A stretch of DNA of 64,000 nucleotides. Source: Centroscyllium fabricii. Lineage: Eukaryota. The DNA lies in the NCBI GenBank assembly GCA_051313645.2, contig JBNRSN020000024.1, forward strand, positions 12,710,001-12,774,000. Reading direction: 5' to 3'. A program made the position numbers and the translations under genes. Of this stretch, positions 25,038-37,960 are shown piece after piece. Under the pieces are notes generated by a model. It saw only the letters and a program-made list of their open reading frames with translations, had not been told where the DNA came from and searched no databases. The first letter of the stretch is position 1. The number at the start of each line of letters is the position of its first letter.

Positions 25038-27368
25038 CCCTTACAGTCAGAATCAGGGGAATTTATAATGGAGAACAAAGAAATGGCAGACCAATGAAAT
25101 ACATACTTTGGTTCTGTCTTCACAAAGGAGGACACAAATAAACTTCAAGAGATGTTGGGGAACAGAGGGTCTAATGAGAGGGAGGAATTGAATGAAATCA
25201 GTATTTGTAGGGAAATGGTGTTAGGGAAATTGACGGGATTGAAGGCCGATAAATCCCCAGGACCTGATAATCTACATCCTAGGGTACTCAAGGAACTGGC
25301 CCTAAAAATAGTAGATGCATTGCTGGTCATCTTCCAATATTCGATAGACTCTAGAAGAGTACCCATGGATTGGAGGGTAGCTAATGTTACCCCACTGTTC
25401 AAAAAAGGTGGTAGAGAGAAAACGGGGAATTACAGACTGGTAAGCCTGACATCAGCAGTGGGGAAAATGCTAGAGTCCGTTATAAAAGATGTAATAGCAG
25501 AGTACAGGTTGAGCATCGTTAATCCGTTACCCGAAACGCCGGCAACTTCAGTCGTCCGGTATAAAATCCCTTCGACCACCCTGCACATGCGCAAAATGGC
25601 CACCGATTGATGCTTCGGCGAATGATCTGCGCATGCGCCGAACGCGTGCGCAGATCATTCAAAATGGCCGACCGAACGAGCCGGGCCTTCCGTAACGTCA
25701 GGGCGTGGCAGCTTGCGCAGCGTTTTGAATGTGCGGGTCCCGAGCGCCTGCCATGGTGAAGCGCGCGGTTCCCCAGAGCAGCCTGCAGGCCGTCATCAGG
25801 AGGCACAAATCGCAGCTGAGACTCAGCAAGGACGTTCGGCGGCCCTTTTTTTTGTTTTGCGCATGCGCGCGGCCATTTTGAATGCGCCGGTAGAGCGAAA
25901 AAACCAGTAGAATGAAGCCGGCCAGTGCGCATGCGCGTGGCCATTTTGAATGGTGCGCGCGCACTGGCCGGCTTCATTCTACTGGTTTTTTCGCTCTACC
26001 GGCGTGGGCCTAGTCCCGCCCATGCCAGTATAACGGCACTCAAACTGTACTTGGAAAATAGTGACTGGATCGGACAAAGTCAACATGGACTTACAAAAGG
26101 TAAATCGTGCTCGACTAACCCACTGGAATTTTTTGAGGATGTAACTGGTAAAATAGATAAGGCGGGAACCAGTGGATGTGGTGTATTTGGACTTCCAAAG
26201 GGCTTTCGATAAGGTCCCGCATAAGAGATTAGCATGTAAAATTAAGGCACATGGGATTGGGGGCAAGGTATTGACTTGGATAGAGAACTGGTTGGCAGAC
26301 AGAAAGCAAAGAGTTGGAATAAACGGCTCTTTTTCCGAGTGGCAGACAGTGACTAGTGGGGTACCGCAGGGATCGGTCCTAGGACCCCAGCGATGCACAA
26401 TATTTTTTAATGATCTGGACGAGAGAACTAGATGTAATAACTCCAAATTTGCAGACGACACAAAGCTGGGAGGGCGTGTGTGCTGTGAGGAGGATGCCGA
26501 GAAACTCCAGGATGATTTGGACAGGTTGGGTGATTGGGCAGATGCAATATAATGTGGATAAATGCGAGGTTATCCACTATGGTGTCAAAAACAAGGAGGC
26601 AGATTATTATCTGAATGGCAATAGATTGGGAGAAGGGGAAATACAACGAGACCTGGGCGTCCTTGTGCACCAGCCGCTGAAGGTAAGCATGCAGGTGCAG
26701 CAGGCAGTTAAGAAGACAAATGGTATGTTGGCCTTCATCGCAAGAGGGTTTCAGTACAGGAACAAGGATGTCTTGCTGCAGTTGTACAGGGCCTTGGGGA
26801 GACTGCACCTCGAGTATTGTGTACAGTTTTGGTCGCCTTATCAAAGGAAGAATGTTCTTGCCTTGGTAGGAGTACAGCGAAGGTTCACCAGGCTGATACC
26901 TGGGATGGCAGGAATGACATAGGAGGAGAGATTGGGTCGATTGGGCTTGTACTCGCTGGAGTTTAGAAGAATGAGAGGGCATCCCATTGAAACTTATAAA
27001 ATTCTAACAGGACTGGGCAGACTAGATGCAGGTAGGATGCTCCCGATGGTGGAGGAGTCCAGAACCAGGGCTCACAGTCTAAAGATAAGGGGTAAGCCAT
27101 TTCGAACAGAGATGAGGAGGAATTTCTTCACCCAGAGAGTGGTGAACCTGTGGAATTTTCTACCACACAAGGCAGTAGAGGCCAATTGATTAAATATATT
27201 CAAGAAGGGTTGGATATGTTTCTTACGGCTAAAGGGATCAAGGGATATGGGGAGAAGGCAGGGACAGGGTACTGAATTTGGATGATCAGCCATGATCTCA
27301 TTGAATGGCAGAGCAGGCTCGAGGGGCCGAATGGCCCACTCCTGCTCCTATCTTCTACGTTTCTATGT
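25037..27368 (+). mobile_element. Second CR1 LINE abutting the first head-to-tail, 5'-truncated, with MITE insertion
   Basis: Restarts at cccttacagtcagaatcagggg (homologous to ~23255) directly after the first tail; RT and tail present. Confidence 0.9.
25505..26047. mobile_element. Tigger-like MITE, TA TSD
   Basis: CAGGTTGAGCATCGTTAATCCG...ggcactcaaactg with flanking TA; empty site gcagagTActtggaa in other CR1 copies. Confidence 0.88.
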
Positions 27369-27978
27369 CTGCTTGATTGGATGAGCAGATGTATGCTAGT
27401 CTGAGGAGATGTATGCTAGTTCGAAAGAATTATTTTCTGATCAGCAGGGGGGTGGGGGCGGGGGGATGTTGATAAATGCATAAAACCAACACTTGAGCCC
27501 AAGTGTCTCCAATCCAAGTTACTGAAAATGTTATATGTTAAGTCTCTATTTGCCAGTTGAGAAAACACAGCCCTTCTCCAAATCCCGAGTGCTCAAGAGT
27601 AGAAGATTTAGAGATGTCCCCCTTCCCAATTATGCCTATGGAGTTACCGCTGGATTTTAACCAATTAAAACGGTTTAGCTTACTAGCACTGGTAAGCTTC
27701 CCGCTGCACATTCAGTTAATACGACCTCATTGTTAGAGTATTGGCTGTAGGGTTATCTGGAGCAGAGGGGAAGAAGCTCAGTTGCCAAGGACAACATATT
27801 TGGACAAGTGTTCTGAAGCATTTCCAGTGCAGATTGGTGCCTCGGCAGCTTCAGCAAACCAGGTATGACCAACATTGTTACTCAAGGGTCCCTGTTCCAG
27901 GATGGCTCTGTTATTGCTGACTCCAAAAGTTTCACCTTTGAAGGATTTTGGCGTGTTCTGCCTCTAACTTGTGTAATA

Positions 27979-28329
27979 CAGGTTGGGCACCGTTAATCCG
28001 GTACCCGAAAAACCGGCAGCTTCAGACGTCCGGCAGATTTCCCAGAGTGGTTGGCGCATGCGTAAAATGGCCACCGCGCTCTGTGCATGCGCAAAATGGC
28101 CGCCGCGCTTGGCTGCGCATGCTCCCTCCACAGGCTGTGAAGAGAACCTTGCCGAGAACATTCCCGAACGATGAGCGCATGCGCAGACCATTCAAAATGG
28201 CCGCCAGCCTTTCGCGGACCATTTTGAATGGTCTGTGCATGCGCTCACCGAAGCTTCAACCGTTCGGAATTTTCACTTTTCCGGCATGGGCCTGGTCCTG
28301 ACCGTGCCGGATTAACGGTCCTCAAACTG
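27979..28329. mobile_element. Tigger-like MITE, TA TSD
   Basis: CAGGTTGGGCACCGTTAATCCGG / ccggattaacggtcctcaaactg, flanked by TA. Confidence 0.88.
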
Positions 28330-29214
28330 TACTTGATAACTATCAACATCAATGTGCCCTTCCCACCAATCAGTACCATGTCTCCCAAGTTGTCAGCGGC
28401 ACTTGTAGGGACACCCAACTGGCAATGGCCGCACAGTGAGATTGTCAACCTTTGGCCTGCACGGACAGCATTTCTTGTGTCTTTTCTGTTTTTCCATTTT
28501 GCTCAATGACAGGGCTCTCTTTACAGGTGTGCTTGGAAAATCCCACGGCAATGGTTTAGGGGACAAGCATTTTACGAATGGACTATGTCCATCAATAATC
28601 ACAGATGGGTTACTGCGTTTTGCAGTGTTTAAAAGCCTTTGGAAGAAGTTGGTGTTGGCATAATATTACAACCGAGGGAGCACTTGTGTTGTTTTAATAC
28701 AGACATGAATTAGCAAGGGTCAGATGGCAGCATACTGGAGTAACAGTTCAGTAAGTGCAAGTTCTCTATGCGGAGTGTTGATTCCAATCCTGTGCCAGAG
28801 ACCCCTTTGCCTGTGCGAGATTATTTGTTGGTTTTGCCTGCTTTATGGTTTTCTTTGAAATAGCTGCCTAGACAATGCGTGTTTCGTTGATGCCATAGAA
28901 GCTAAACGGAGAAGAGCTCACTGCTGAGTCAGTATACATGCTAAAAGTGTTGGTGTTTTATTTTCATGTTTTGTTAGACGTGTCCAGATTATGATAATAC
29001 TGTTGTTGATGCTCGCTATGGAAGTATGGTCAGTTACCCGGACAGCTCAATTCTTGGGAATAAGCCGCTTGAATACATTTGTTATCGAAGCTAATCTACT
29101 CGGAGAACCTGGAGACCTTCCTCACTTCTGCAATACAAGGAGCACAGAACACAATTTTTAGGGGAAAAAATAAACTGTTGCTAGAGCACAGATCCTTTAT
29201 ATAGCAGACAAAGA

Positions 29215-29997
29215 GGGGGGGATTTTCCTGGAGGTGCGGGAACCTGGCGGGGATTGGTTTGGGTGGCTTCCTGTCCACCCGGCCAAGGGCCTGGGAAGCC
29301 GACGCTATTTTACTTTAATAGCTTAATTAAATCCCCGCGTGCGGGGTGCCCCTGGAAATTGATGCAGTCGAGTCGGCAATTACGGAGCTCAAGCAGGATT
29401 CTAGGAGGTTGTCAGACAGCTGTGGGAACTGTGTGTTTACAGTTCCCACAGAAACACTCCACTGTGACATCACAGTGGAGTGCAACCAATGGGAAAGGCC
29501 AAGTGCTCTGAGTGACAGGTGGGTGGGCGGGCGGGCTGCAAATCTTTGACAGCTAGGGGCCGGCTGTCAGTGGAGCTTGAAAGGTAAGATTTCTAAGTTT
29601 TTCCCCACAGTTGGTCTTCACCCAAGGGAGTGACTTACACCTCCAGGGTGTTGAAGGCCTGGAAAGCATTTTGCTCCAGGTCCTTCAACACCTTGAAGGA
29701 GAAAGTTACCAAGATCATTGTGCTCCCACTGGGTTTTCACCAGCGGGGTTTTAGGATGGCGGGGTTTGGGTGGGAAGGGGTTGAAAATTGCCAAGGGTCC
29801 TTAAAATGGCATTACAGATGCCAATTAGGAGCCCTTAATGAGCTTAACAACCATCCTCGCCGGCGGGAAAGATTCGGGGCGGGGAGACAGGGCGGTGGAA
29901 AATGGAAAAGCGGCGGCGATCGGGACCCACTGGATCCGCTATTTTGCCGTCCGACCCGCCCGAAACTCCGCCTCGCGGGGACATGAAAATTTTGGCC
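29215..29997. mobile_element. ~780-bp non-autonomous element with G-run/GATTTTC...GAAAAT termini (family copy 1)
   Basis: Homologous along its length to 34638-35430 and, inverted, to 53775-54550; possible AGA 3-bp TSD. Confidence 0.7.
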
Positions 29998-30959
29998 AGA
30001 GAGTCTATCAGGCAGGCACCCCTGTTGTAACATCAGGAAACATCTGTGCGCTAAGCATATGAAGCAAGTCTTTATTTGTGCAGTGCAAGGAGGATACTTA
30101 GCAGAATAATGGAGCACTCCATAGCGTCTAGAAACTCAACGAATGAGGAAGTACAGTACAAGTTCCTGATTTGTGTTTATTGCTACATAACCGCCACGAC
30201 AGAAGCCGGAAACTACTGTACCATGATCACTGCCGAGCAGTGAAATTGCAGTACATAGCAAGGTCGCAATGACCCAGCATGAACTGATTTTCTTGGGTCA
30301 CACCACAGCTCTGGTTCCAGTTAAACACTGCAGGGCTTACAGAAATACTCCAAGAAAGATCGTACAATACCTTTATAGCAAATAACTGAGCAGAAACGGT
30401 CATCAATGCCTTAATGGGTAAAAGCTCAGGCCACCATACCACTAATTCATGCAGTCCAAAAAGGTGCCGGGTTAAATTCCAAATCTCAGCCAGGTCAGCG
30501 CTACTTGTCGCCTCAGTGCTCTTGAGCTAGGAGGGCAATGATCAGCCAAGGTTCCCATGTATGATCACTAGCCAGTGACCACTGCTGGATAGGGAGCGAG
30601 ATGTCCTTTCTGTTGAATAACCTGCCAACTTTCACTGTCCAGGCTCATACACGAAGAAAGATGACGTGGGCAAGGTACGGGAGGGTAGCCAGCATCATTC
30701 CCTACAAGTTGCACAGCCACCGGGCCGCGCAGCTCTCAGTCAGTCCCGCGCAACCCCGGACCAGCTTTTCCTGTTGAAGTTTGCGCATGTGCGAACCGGT
30801 GATTGCACCCAAAAAATAAACGACGGCGAACATTGGTTGCCTGTGGTTGTGGAACTATACCCGGAGCAGCAATTCCAGCGAATGCTGGTGGGAAAGCTGC
30901 AGGCCTGTGACTTCCTGAGCAGCGATGCCTGCAAGTAACCAATTGGGGAATTAGCCATA

Positions 30960-31300
30960 ACTCATAGGAACAGGAGGAGGCTATTCAGCCCCTCGAGCCT
31001 CTCCTGCCATTCAATGAGAGCATGGCTAATCTGTACCTCAACTTCATCCATATCCTTTTATATCCATGGCTAGCAAAAATCTATCAATCTTGGGTTTCAA
31101 ATGATTAATTGAGCTAGCTTTGTGGGAGGGAGTTCCATACCTTTTGCGTGAAGTGTTTCCCCGACTTCTCTCCTGAATGGCCTGGCTGATTTTAAGGTTA
31201 TGTCCCCCTGTCCTAGACCACCCCCCCCCCCGCCACCCCACCCCCCACCCACCAGAAAAAGTTTCTCTCCATCACCATATCAATTCCTTTCAAAATCCTA
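30960..31300 (-). mobile_element. CR1 3' fragment (minus)
   Basis: Reverse complement of the CR1 tail and ORF2 end (SRTGGHNLKI). Boundaries approximate. Confidence 0.75.
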
Positions 31301-31808
31301 AAGGAAAGTGGATGCGAGACATTGTTGGAACCAGTGTAAGGATTGCTTAATTAAAGACAGGGGGAAAAGCAGTATTCACGGATATTGCAAAATCTGAGTT
31401 GAACTGCTTCCTTACAAAATAATAATAATGGAGTACCTGGTTAGGAGAAGATGGCAGAGGTGGGCTGGAAAGCAAGGAGCCATTACTCTTTTCAGTTATG
31501 GATAATTTGATCTGTTGAGGAAAAAACACAGGGAAAGTTAAACAGGCATGAAGGTATTTCCAGTTAATCTTTGTAGGGATGCAGCATGTATTTTAACCAG
31601 GTTTCTGTTAGGTGGTGTGGTTGAGTGGTAGTAGATGATGTTCCAACTCAAATTAGTAAATGTCAGCTTTGCCCCTCGGTTCCCTACGTGTGGAATTCCA
31701 CATCATGCCAAGGGTGTCAGGAGAGCTGGTCACTCTTGCACAAGGCTGGAGAATAAAGTGCAGTTTCCTTTAACAGAAGCAGGCAAATTAACTTAAAATC
31801 TTACAGTA

Positions 31809-32469
31809 CAGGTAAACAATCCCTTATCCGCAATTCTGAAAACCGAAAGTTTTTTCGTGGAGCGTCACATGACCCAGTTGCAACAAACATGCAAATTAGA
31901 AGAATAATTGTGTGAGATGTCTCTAGTCAGTTGGAGTGTGGAGAAAAGAGAGAATCTCAGCCCAAGAAAGGGAAAGACTGGAGAACAGCAGTCAAGTTTA
32001 CTCGAAGCTTTAATTATGATATCTAAACAATGCACAAGAATTCAGCCCTAAAGCTGAATTTTGCCGGTGCTCAGAGTGCGGGTTTGGAGATGGGGCCGCT
32101 GTCAAAAATCACAAAGATTGAAAGCGGGCCGGTATCCTGCTCTGACCCCGCCTCCTTGTCAATTTCCCAAGTGCCGTTTCTGCCTGCGCTTTGCTGACAC
32201 GACACTCTGTGCGACAGGTCATTGAATTGTGCTTGTTAGGAGGGTGTTTAAAGTAATTAAATCCACATTTTTCCAGTTCCAAAGCATTTTGCCAAGTTTT
32301 CCACGAGGTTCTCGTCGCTCAGTGATCATGCCAGGTAAGTATGTCGGGTTCGGAACTCTCCATTTCTTTCAATAGGTAACAGCTGCAGGTACCGTTCCGA
32401 AATCCAAAAAATTCCAAAATCCTAAACACATCTGGCCCCAAGGGTTTCGGATAAGGGATTGTGAACCTG
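31809..32469. mobile_element. Tigger4/MER46-like MITE, TA TSD
   Basis: TIRs CAGGTAAACAATCCCTTATCCG / cggataagggattgtgaacctg, flanked by TA. Confidence 0.88.
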
Positions 32470-33580
32470 TATTAACAAAATAATGAAAAGTACTACTGTG
32501 GTTAGTGCCTTCTTTAAATCTTCCCTCTTGTTCCTCCTAAGTTACAAACACATCTTCTTCCAAAACACTTCACTACTTACTGGGGTGAAATGAAGACCCA
32601 TTACACTATCTGCTACTCTCTCTCTCTCAGGACCTTAAAACTGAGCAAACGTGTTACTCGATCTTTCTTTCAACAACCTTTGCTGTTAAAATCCAGGCTC
32701 GGCATCACTTGAAACACGACTTTCAGATCTCCTTTGCCTTACTGTATTTCACTCTTTCCAATCTTGGTTTCACAAACTAAAAAAAGAAATCTGCCAACAA
32801 AGGACCTCAACAAAAAATAAATAAAGACTTGCATTGATATAGTGCCTTTCAAAACCTCTGGACATCCCAAAGCACTTTACAGCCAATGAAGTACTTCTGA
32901 AGTGTAGTCACTGTTTAAATGTAGGAAACAAGCTCAAAATACACTCAAATGACAGCATTATTTTATTTTTATTTCCAATTTTCTTCTCGCCCTCCTCTCG
33001 TGAATGCATGGACTCCTTGCTGAGATACAGTTTCATAGGCACCAGGCACCCTCCAATATCTTGCCCAAGTGAGAGTCGTGGCCCATATTTGGGTATGGAA
33101 TGTGGTGTTGGCATCTCGGCCAGGCCAGGTCCTCTCCTCACCCAGTCTCCCACACATTGGGTTATGGTTGGGAGTGGGAACCCTGACCAACTCCAAACAC
33201 AGGGACACAGACCAATCATAGCGCTCCTGGTGCTACCAAAGGGGTGATCAACTAACACTGTACAGTTTGAGGAGAAAATCTGGGACATTGCCAGGGCGTA
33301 GAGCTCAGTTACTCACTGGATAACCTTACCGAGTCATCAGGGGAGATCTTAAAATGTATACTGTAAACAATTGGCTCAAAGGGATTACACTTGGAGAAAA
33401 ACAATGGTGTAATAATGATGTTTTACCCTTGGATATATGTAGCCTACTTTGCTGAAATAAACAAGCAATGTGCTGGTGGCATTCAACTGATGATCACTAC
33501 ATCATTCTCATCGTTATTGTACTAGAAGGTTCTCTGTGCTGTTTGCAGTTTTTAAAATTATGTCTAATTGCAGTACGAAC

Positions 33581-34440
33581 CTTCTTCTTAGGCAGTCCCT
33601 CAGAACTGAGGATGACTTGGTTCCACATTAAAAATGAGTTCTCCGGTGACTGATAAGTCCAATGCGGGACCTACAGTCTCTGTCACAGGTGGGGCAGACG
33701 GTGGTTGAAGGGGCGGGTGGGTGGGGTGCTTGGGTTGACGTACGCTCCTTCCGCTGTTTGCGCTCCTTGCTCCCGGCGAAGAGACTCAAGGTGTTCGGCG
33801 CCTTCCCGGATGCTTCTCCTCCACTTTGTGCGGTCTTGGGCCCGGGATTCCCAGGTGTCGGTGGGGATGTTACACTTTTTCAAGGAGGCTTTGAGGGTGT
33901 CCTTGAAGTGTTTCCTCTGCCCACCTGGGGCTCTCTTGCCATGCCGGAGCTCAGAGTAGAGCGCTTGTTTTGAGAGTCTCGTATCGGGCATGCGGACAAT
34001 GTGACGCGTCCATCGGAGCTGATCGAGCGTGGTCAAAGCTTCGATGCTGGCCCGAGCGAGAACACGGACGTTGGTGCGCCTATCCTGCCAATGGATTTGC
34101 AGGATCTTGTGGAGGCAGCGTTGGTGGTACCTCTCCAGTACTTTGAGGTGCCTGCTGTACATGGTCCATGTCTCTGAGGCATACAGCAGGGCGGGTATCA
34201 CTGCTGCTCTGTAGACCATGAACTTGGTACCAGGTTTGAGGTCCTGGTCTTCAAACACTCTCTTCCTCGGGCGACTGAAGGCTGCACTGGCACACTGAAG
34301 GCGGTGTTGGACTTTGTCATCGAGGTCTGCCCTTGTTGACAGTAGGATCCAGAGGTATGGAAAGTGGTCCACGTTGTCCAAGGCCTTGTGGTGGATTTTG
34401 ATAATCAGGGGGGGCAGGTTGGTAGAGGACCTCGTCTTAC
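33581..34440 (-). mobile_element. RTE-clade LINE 3' fragment
   Basis: FPYL..LLST, YRAAVIPALLYASETW, LRWTRHIVRMPDTRLSKQALYSEL..GKRAPGGQRKHFKDTLK; tail gagggactgcctaagaagaag. Confidence 0.88.
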
Positions 34441-34637
34441 CAACCATAAAAGACACATGTCTCACATTTGAATGGCCTAGAATGGAGCCTCCCATTGAAA
34501 GCAGATTTCCCTTCCCCCCCCCCACCTCGAGCTTCCCTGGGCCACATTTGATGAAAGGGATGGGGTGAAAAATTCTCAAATCCCAACCAGCGCTCGGTTA
34601 CAGCTGGCTGCTTGAAGGTGTCTCTCCCCATACATGC

Positions 34638-35430
34638 GGGGGGGGGGGGGGACACTTTGCTGGAAGTGCGGGAACCTGGCGGGGATTGGTCTGGGCGGCT
34701 TCCTGTCCCGCCCGCCCGCACAGCTGGGAAGGCCACACAATTTTAATTTAATTGGGTTGTTAAATCCCAGCCGGCGGCAGAGGGAGGTAATTAGGTCAAT
34801 CGAGGCTGCATCGGGGTTGCGAGCAGTTTGATTGACAGTTCCAGCACTGGTTGTTGACAGTTCCCATGGAAACACTCCACTGTGACATCAGAGTCAAGTG
34901 GAACCAATGGGAACGGTCAAGTGCTGGTGACTGACAGGTGGGCGGGCAGGCTCAGAACCCTTGACAGCTCGGCACCGCTGTGAGGGAATGTGCAAAGCTG
35001 AGATTTCTCAGTTTCTGCTCACAGCTGCTGCAGCCAGCACGGAGTCACTTACTCTTCTAAGGTGCTGGAGGCATGCCAAGCATTTGGCAGCATGTCCTTC
35101 ACACCTTGAAGGAGAAAGTAATGACCAACGCTATGCTCCCGCTGGGTGAAACCCAGCGGGGTTTAAGGTGACGGGGTTAGGATGGGAAACAGGGCAAAAT
35201 GGCTGAGGGCCCTTAAAATGGCATTAAAGATGCCAATTAAGGGCCCTTAACGAGGTGACAACCCATCCCCGCCGGCCAGCAGCGGGAAGGTTTCGGGGTG
35301 GGGAATCTGGGCGGGGGAAAATGGGAAAGCGGCGGGGATTTGGCGGGGGAGGTCGGGACCCGGCGGTTCCACTATTTTGTCGACCGGGCCACCGAAAACC
35401 CCGCCTCACAGGGACATGAAAATCCCCCCC
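34638..35430. mobile_element. ~790-bp non-autonomous element (family copy 2)
   Basis: Homologous to 29215-29997; ends gggacatgaaaatccccccc. Confidence 0.7.
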
Positions 35431-35607
35431 ATAGTCTCCGATCAATCCTTCTGCAGGACAATACAGCGAGGCTGGTACCTCAGTGTGGAATTACAGGCAC
35501 AACCCCTTGCCCCCTCGAAGCACCAATATACGGTCTGTAAAATTCTGTTACAAACACAATGTACAGGAGCAAACTTTTATTTTTGAACAAACAGAAATGG
35601 TTGTCAC

Positions 35608-35708
35608 CTTCTTTCCATTCTGTTCCACTGCTGGTAATTTCCTCTTCATCCCTTTTCCTGCTGAGGAGTCTGAAGTTTCACCTGGTGATTTTTTGGAGGT
35701 GCTGTTAG
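35608..35708 (-). CDS. LIG3: DNA ligase III exon (linker, basic NLS-like)
   Basis: ttttag|CT NSTSKKSPGETSDSSAGKGMKRKLPAVEQNGKK|gtgaca; phase 1 in and phase 0 out, fitting both neighbours. Confidence 0.85.
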
Positions 35709-36944
35709 CTAAAACAGATTAAGACAGAAGCATTCATTTTCCTGTTAAAACAATATAATTTACAAAACTAGTTAGAAGCCTTTTAATCAGGAGGGAGAGT
35801 GTCTGTGTAGCTGGTAAAATGTTTCCACTAGTTTTCACAGATCGGGTGTGTAATTTGGAGACGCTCAATTCTCTGCCAGTTTCCATTATCCACCAGTTGT
35901 ACCCTTCCATTAGGTATAACTGATGCCCCACTATAATAAAGTTATCCTGATGTCAGGAGAAGGAGCTTTATTACTTCAGACGAAACACTAATTATACATT
36001 TTACTTATATTCAGGTCATCTTTCTTTTTCCTTCCTCAGTCTCTCTTCCCCCCCATTCTCTCTTTCTTTCTCACTGTAACTTTGTGTTTAATGCAGAACT
36101 GAGGGAGTGCTGCACTGTCGGAGATGCTGCCTTTGGGTAGAGACGTTAAACCGAGGCCCCTTCTGCCCTCCCAGGCGAACCTAAAAAGATCCCGTTTGAA
36201 GAAGAGCAGGGAAGTTCTCCCAGTGTCCTGGCCAACATTTATACCTGAACCAACATCAGTGAAACATTTCTAATTATTGTTTCAGCCTTCCAGATCGCAC
36301 TGACCACATTAGCAGTGGGGCTCACATTGAAAATAATTAGCCTGCAATTGGTTGAAGGCTAGGCGGTCACATGACAACAGCTTCATTTTAAGCATCAAAA
36401 CACCAATGCCGGCACTCGATTACTTATCTTGTCCACAGATATCTGAACGCCGACACATAATTCAGCTGCATGGCTTTGAATTGCAAGCTCTATGCAGATA
36501 CAGGCATCACCAGGGAATGCACCTATATTCCATTTTGCATCTTTGTACTTTACAAATACCGAAACCTAAAATTTCAAACTATTTGCATGCATAAACGTTG
36601 ATTTGAGTTCCCTTTGCTTTGTCATAGCTCGAGTCTGATGCAGGATAAATCCCTCACTTTGCCCTAAAAAGGTGCAAAATCACCACCCCTCCCAATGCAC
36701 TCTCACCTATCCCGGTGGTCTTTGAGTGAGGTGGCAAAGCAGTGCTGGACTAGGCCACGTTGTGCTGTAGGCCTCTACCCAACAGGAAGTGGACTGAGAT
36801 CACCAGGCTTATTTCACAAGAGCAAGAAAATAACTTTCTGCCCACTAGCCTGGACCGAATCTAAACTCCTGTCCCAGAGCGGAAAGAACTGGATCCTAAC
36901 CCACTAAATCATCAATTCCCAGAAACCGAAGTTGCTGAACTCAC

Positions 36945-37122
36945 CTTCTTGGCTTTTATGTTTCTTTCCGGGTGATTTTGAAGGGGCTTTTGAACCACGT
37001 GATGTCAGTTTTGAAGTCACTTCAGTGTTCCCAGAACCACCAGAGGGCCATTCATCGTCACCTTTCCCAGCAGCCACCACAATATCTAGATCAGTTTTCT
37101 CTTTAGAAATTCTGTACAATTC
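36945..37122 (-). CDS. LIG3: DNA ligase III exon
   Basis: ttgcag|ELYRISKEKTDLDIVV...KHKSQE G|gtgag. Confidence 0.92.
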
Positions 37123-37570
37123 CTGCAAAAACAAGATTAATTGTAGAGCTTAGTAAAAACGAGGGATTATAAAAAAAGTGATAAATAGCTTAATACTTAT
37201 CATCATCATCATCAACACCTTGTATTTATATAGCGCCTTTAACGTAGTCAAACGTCCCAAGGTGCTGCACAGGAGTGCCATAAGACAAAAAATTAGACAC
37301 CAAATCACATAAGAAATTAGGGCAGGTGACCAAAAGCTTGTTCAAAAGGGTAGGTTTGAAGGAGCGTCTTAAAGGAGGAAAGAAAGAGAGGTCGCGAGGC
37401 GGAGAGGTTTAGGGAGGGAGTTCCAGAGCTCAGGGCCCAGGCAACAGAAGGCACGGCCTCCAAAGGTTGAAAGATTATAAACAGGGATGCTCAGGAGGGC
37501 AGAATTAGAGGAGCGCAGATATCTCGGCGGGGGGGGGGGGGGGGCTGTGGGGCTGAAGGAGATTACAGAG

Positions 37571-37960
37571 ATAGAAACATAGAAGATAGAAAGAGTAGGC
37601 CATTCGGCCCTTCAAGCCAGCCCCGCCATTCAATGAGATCATGGCTGATCATCAAACCCAGCACCCTGTCCCTGCCTTGTCCCCATATCCCTCTCGAGCC
37701 TGCACCAACACATATCCCACCCTATCTCCGTAACCCCACATATTCAACCCCCCTAACACTAAGGGTCAATTTATCATGGCCAATCAACCTAACCCGCACA
37801 TCTTTGGACTGTGGGAGGAAACCGGAGCACCCGGAGGAAACCCATGCAGACACGGGGAGAATGTGCAAACTCCACACAGATAGTACCCGAGGCTGGATTT
37901 GAACCCGGGTCTCCAGTGCTGTAAGGCAACAGTGCTAACCACTATGCCACCGTGCCGCCC
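37571..37960 (-). mobile_element. HE1-type V-SINE
   Basis: tRNA head (ggcacggtggcatagtggttagcac...gggttcaaatcc), V-domain tgtgtggagtttgcacattctccccgtgtctgc..., CR1-type tail. Confidence 0.88.

Noticed and set aside
28393-28640. Basic minus-strand ORF (KMEKQKRHKK) as a possible LIG3-beta exon
   Set aside because: The nearest upstream AG gives phase 2, which is incompatible with the phase-0 LIG3 donor.
29096-29130. ttgcag acceptor followed by EVRKVSRFSE*
   Set aside because: In the LIG3 reading phase it gives only K-stop; no other support.
37890-37960. tRNA-like sequence with A and B boxes
   Set aside because: It is the head of an HE1-type SINE, not a tRNA gene.
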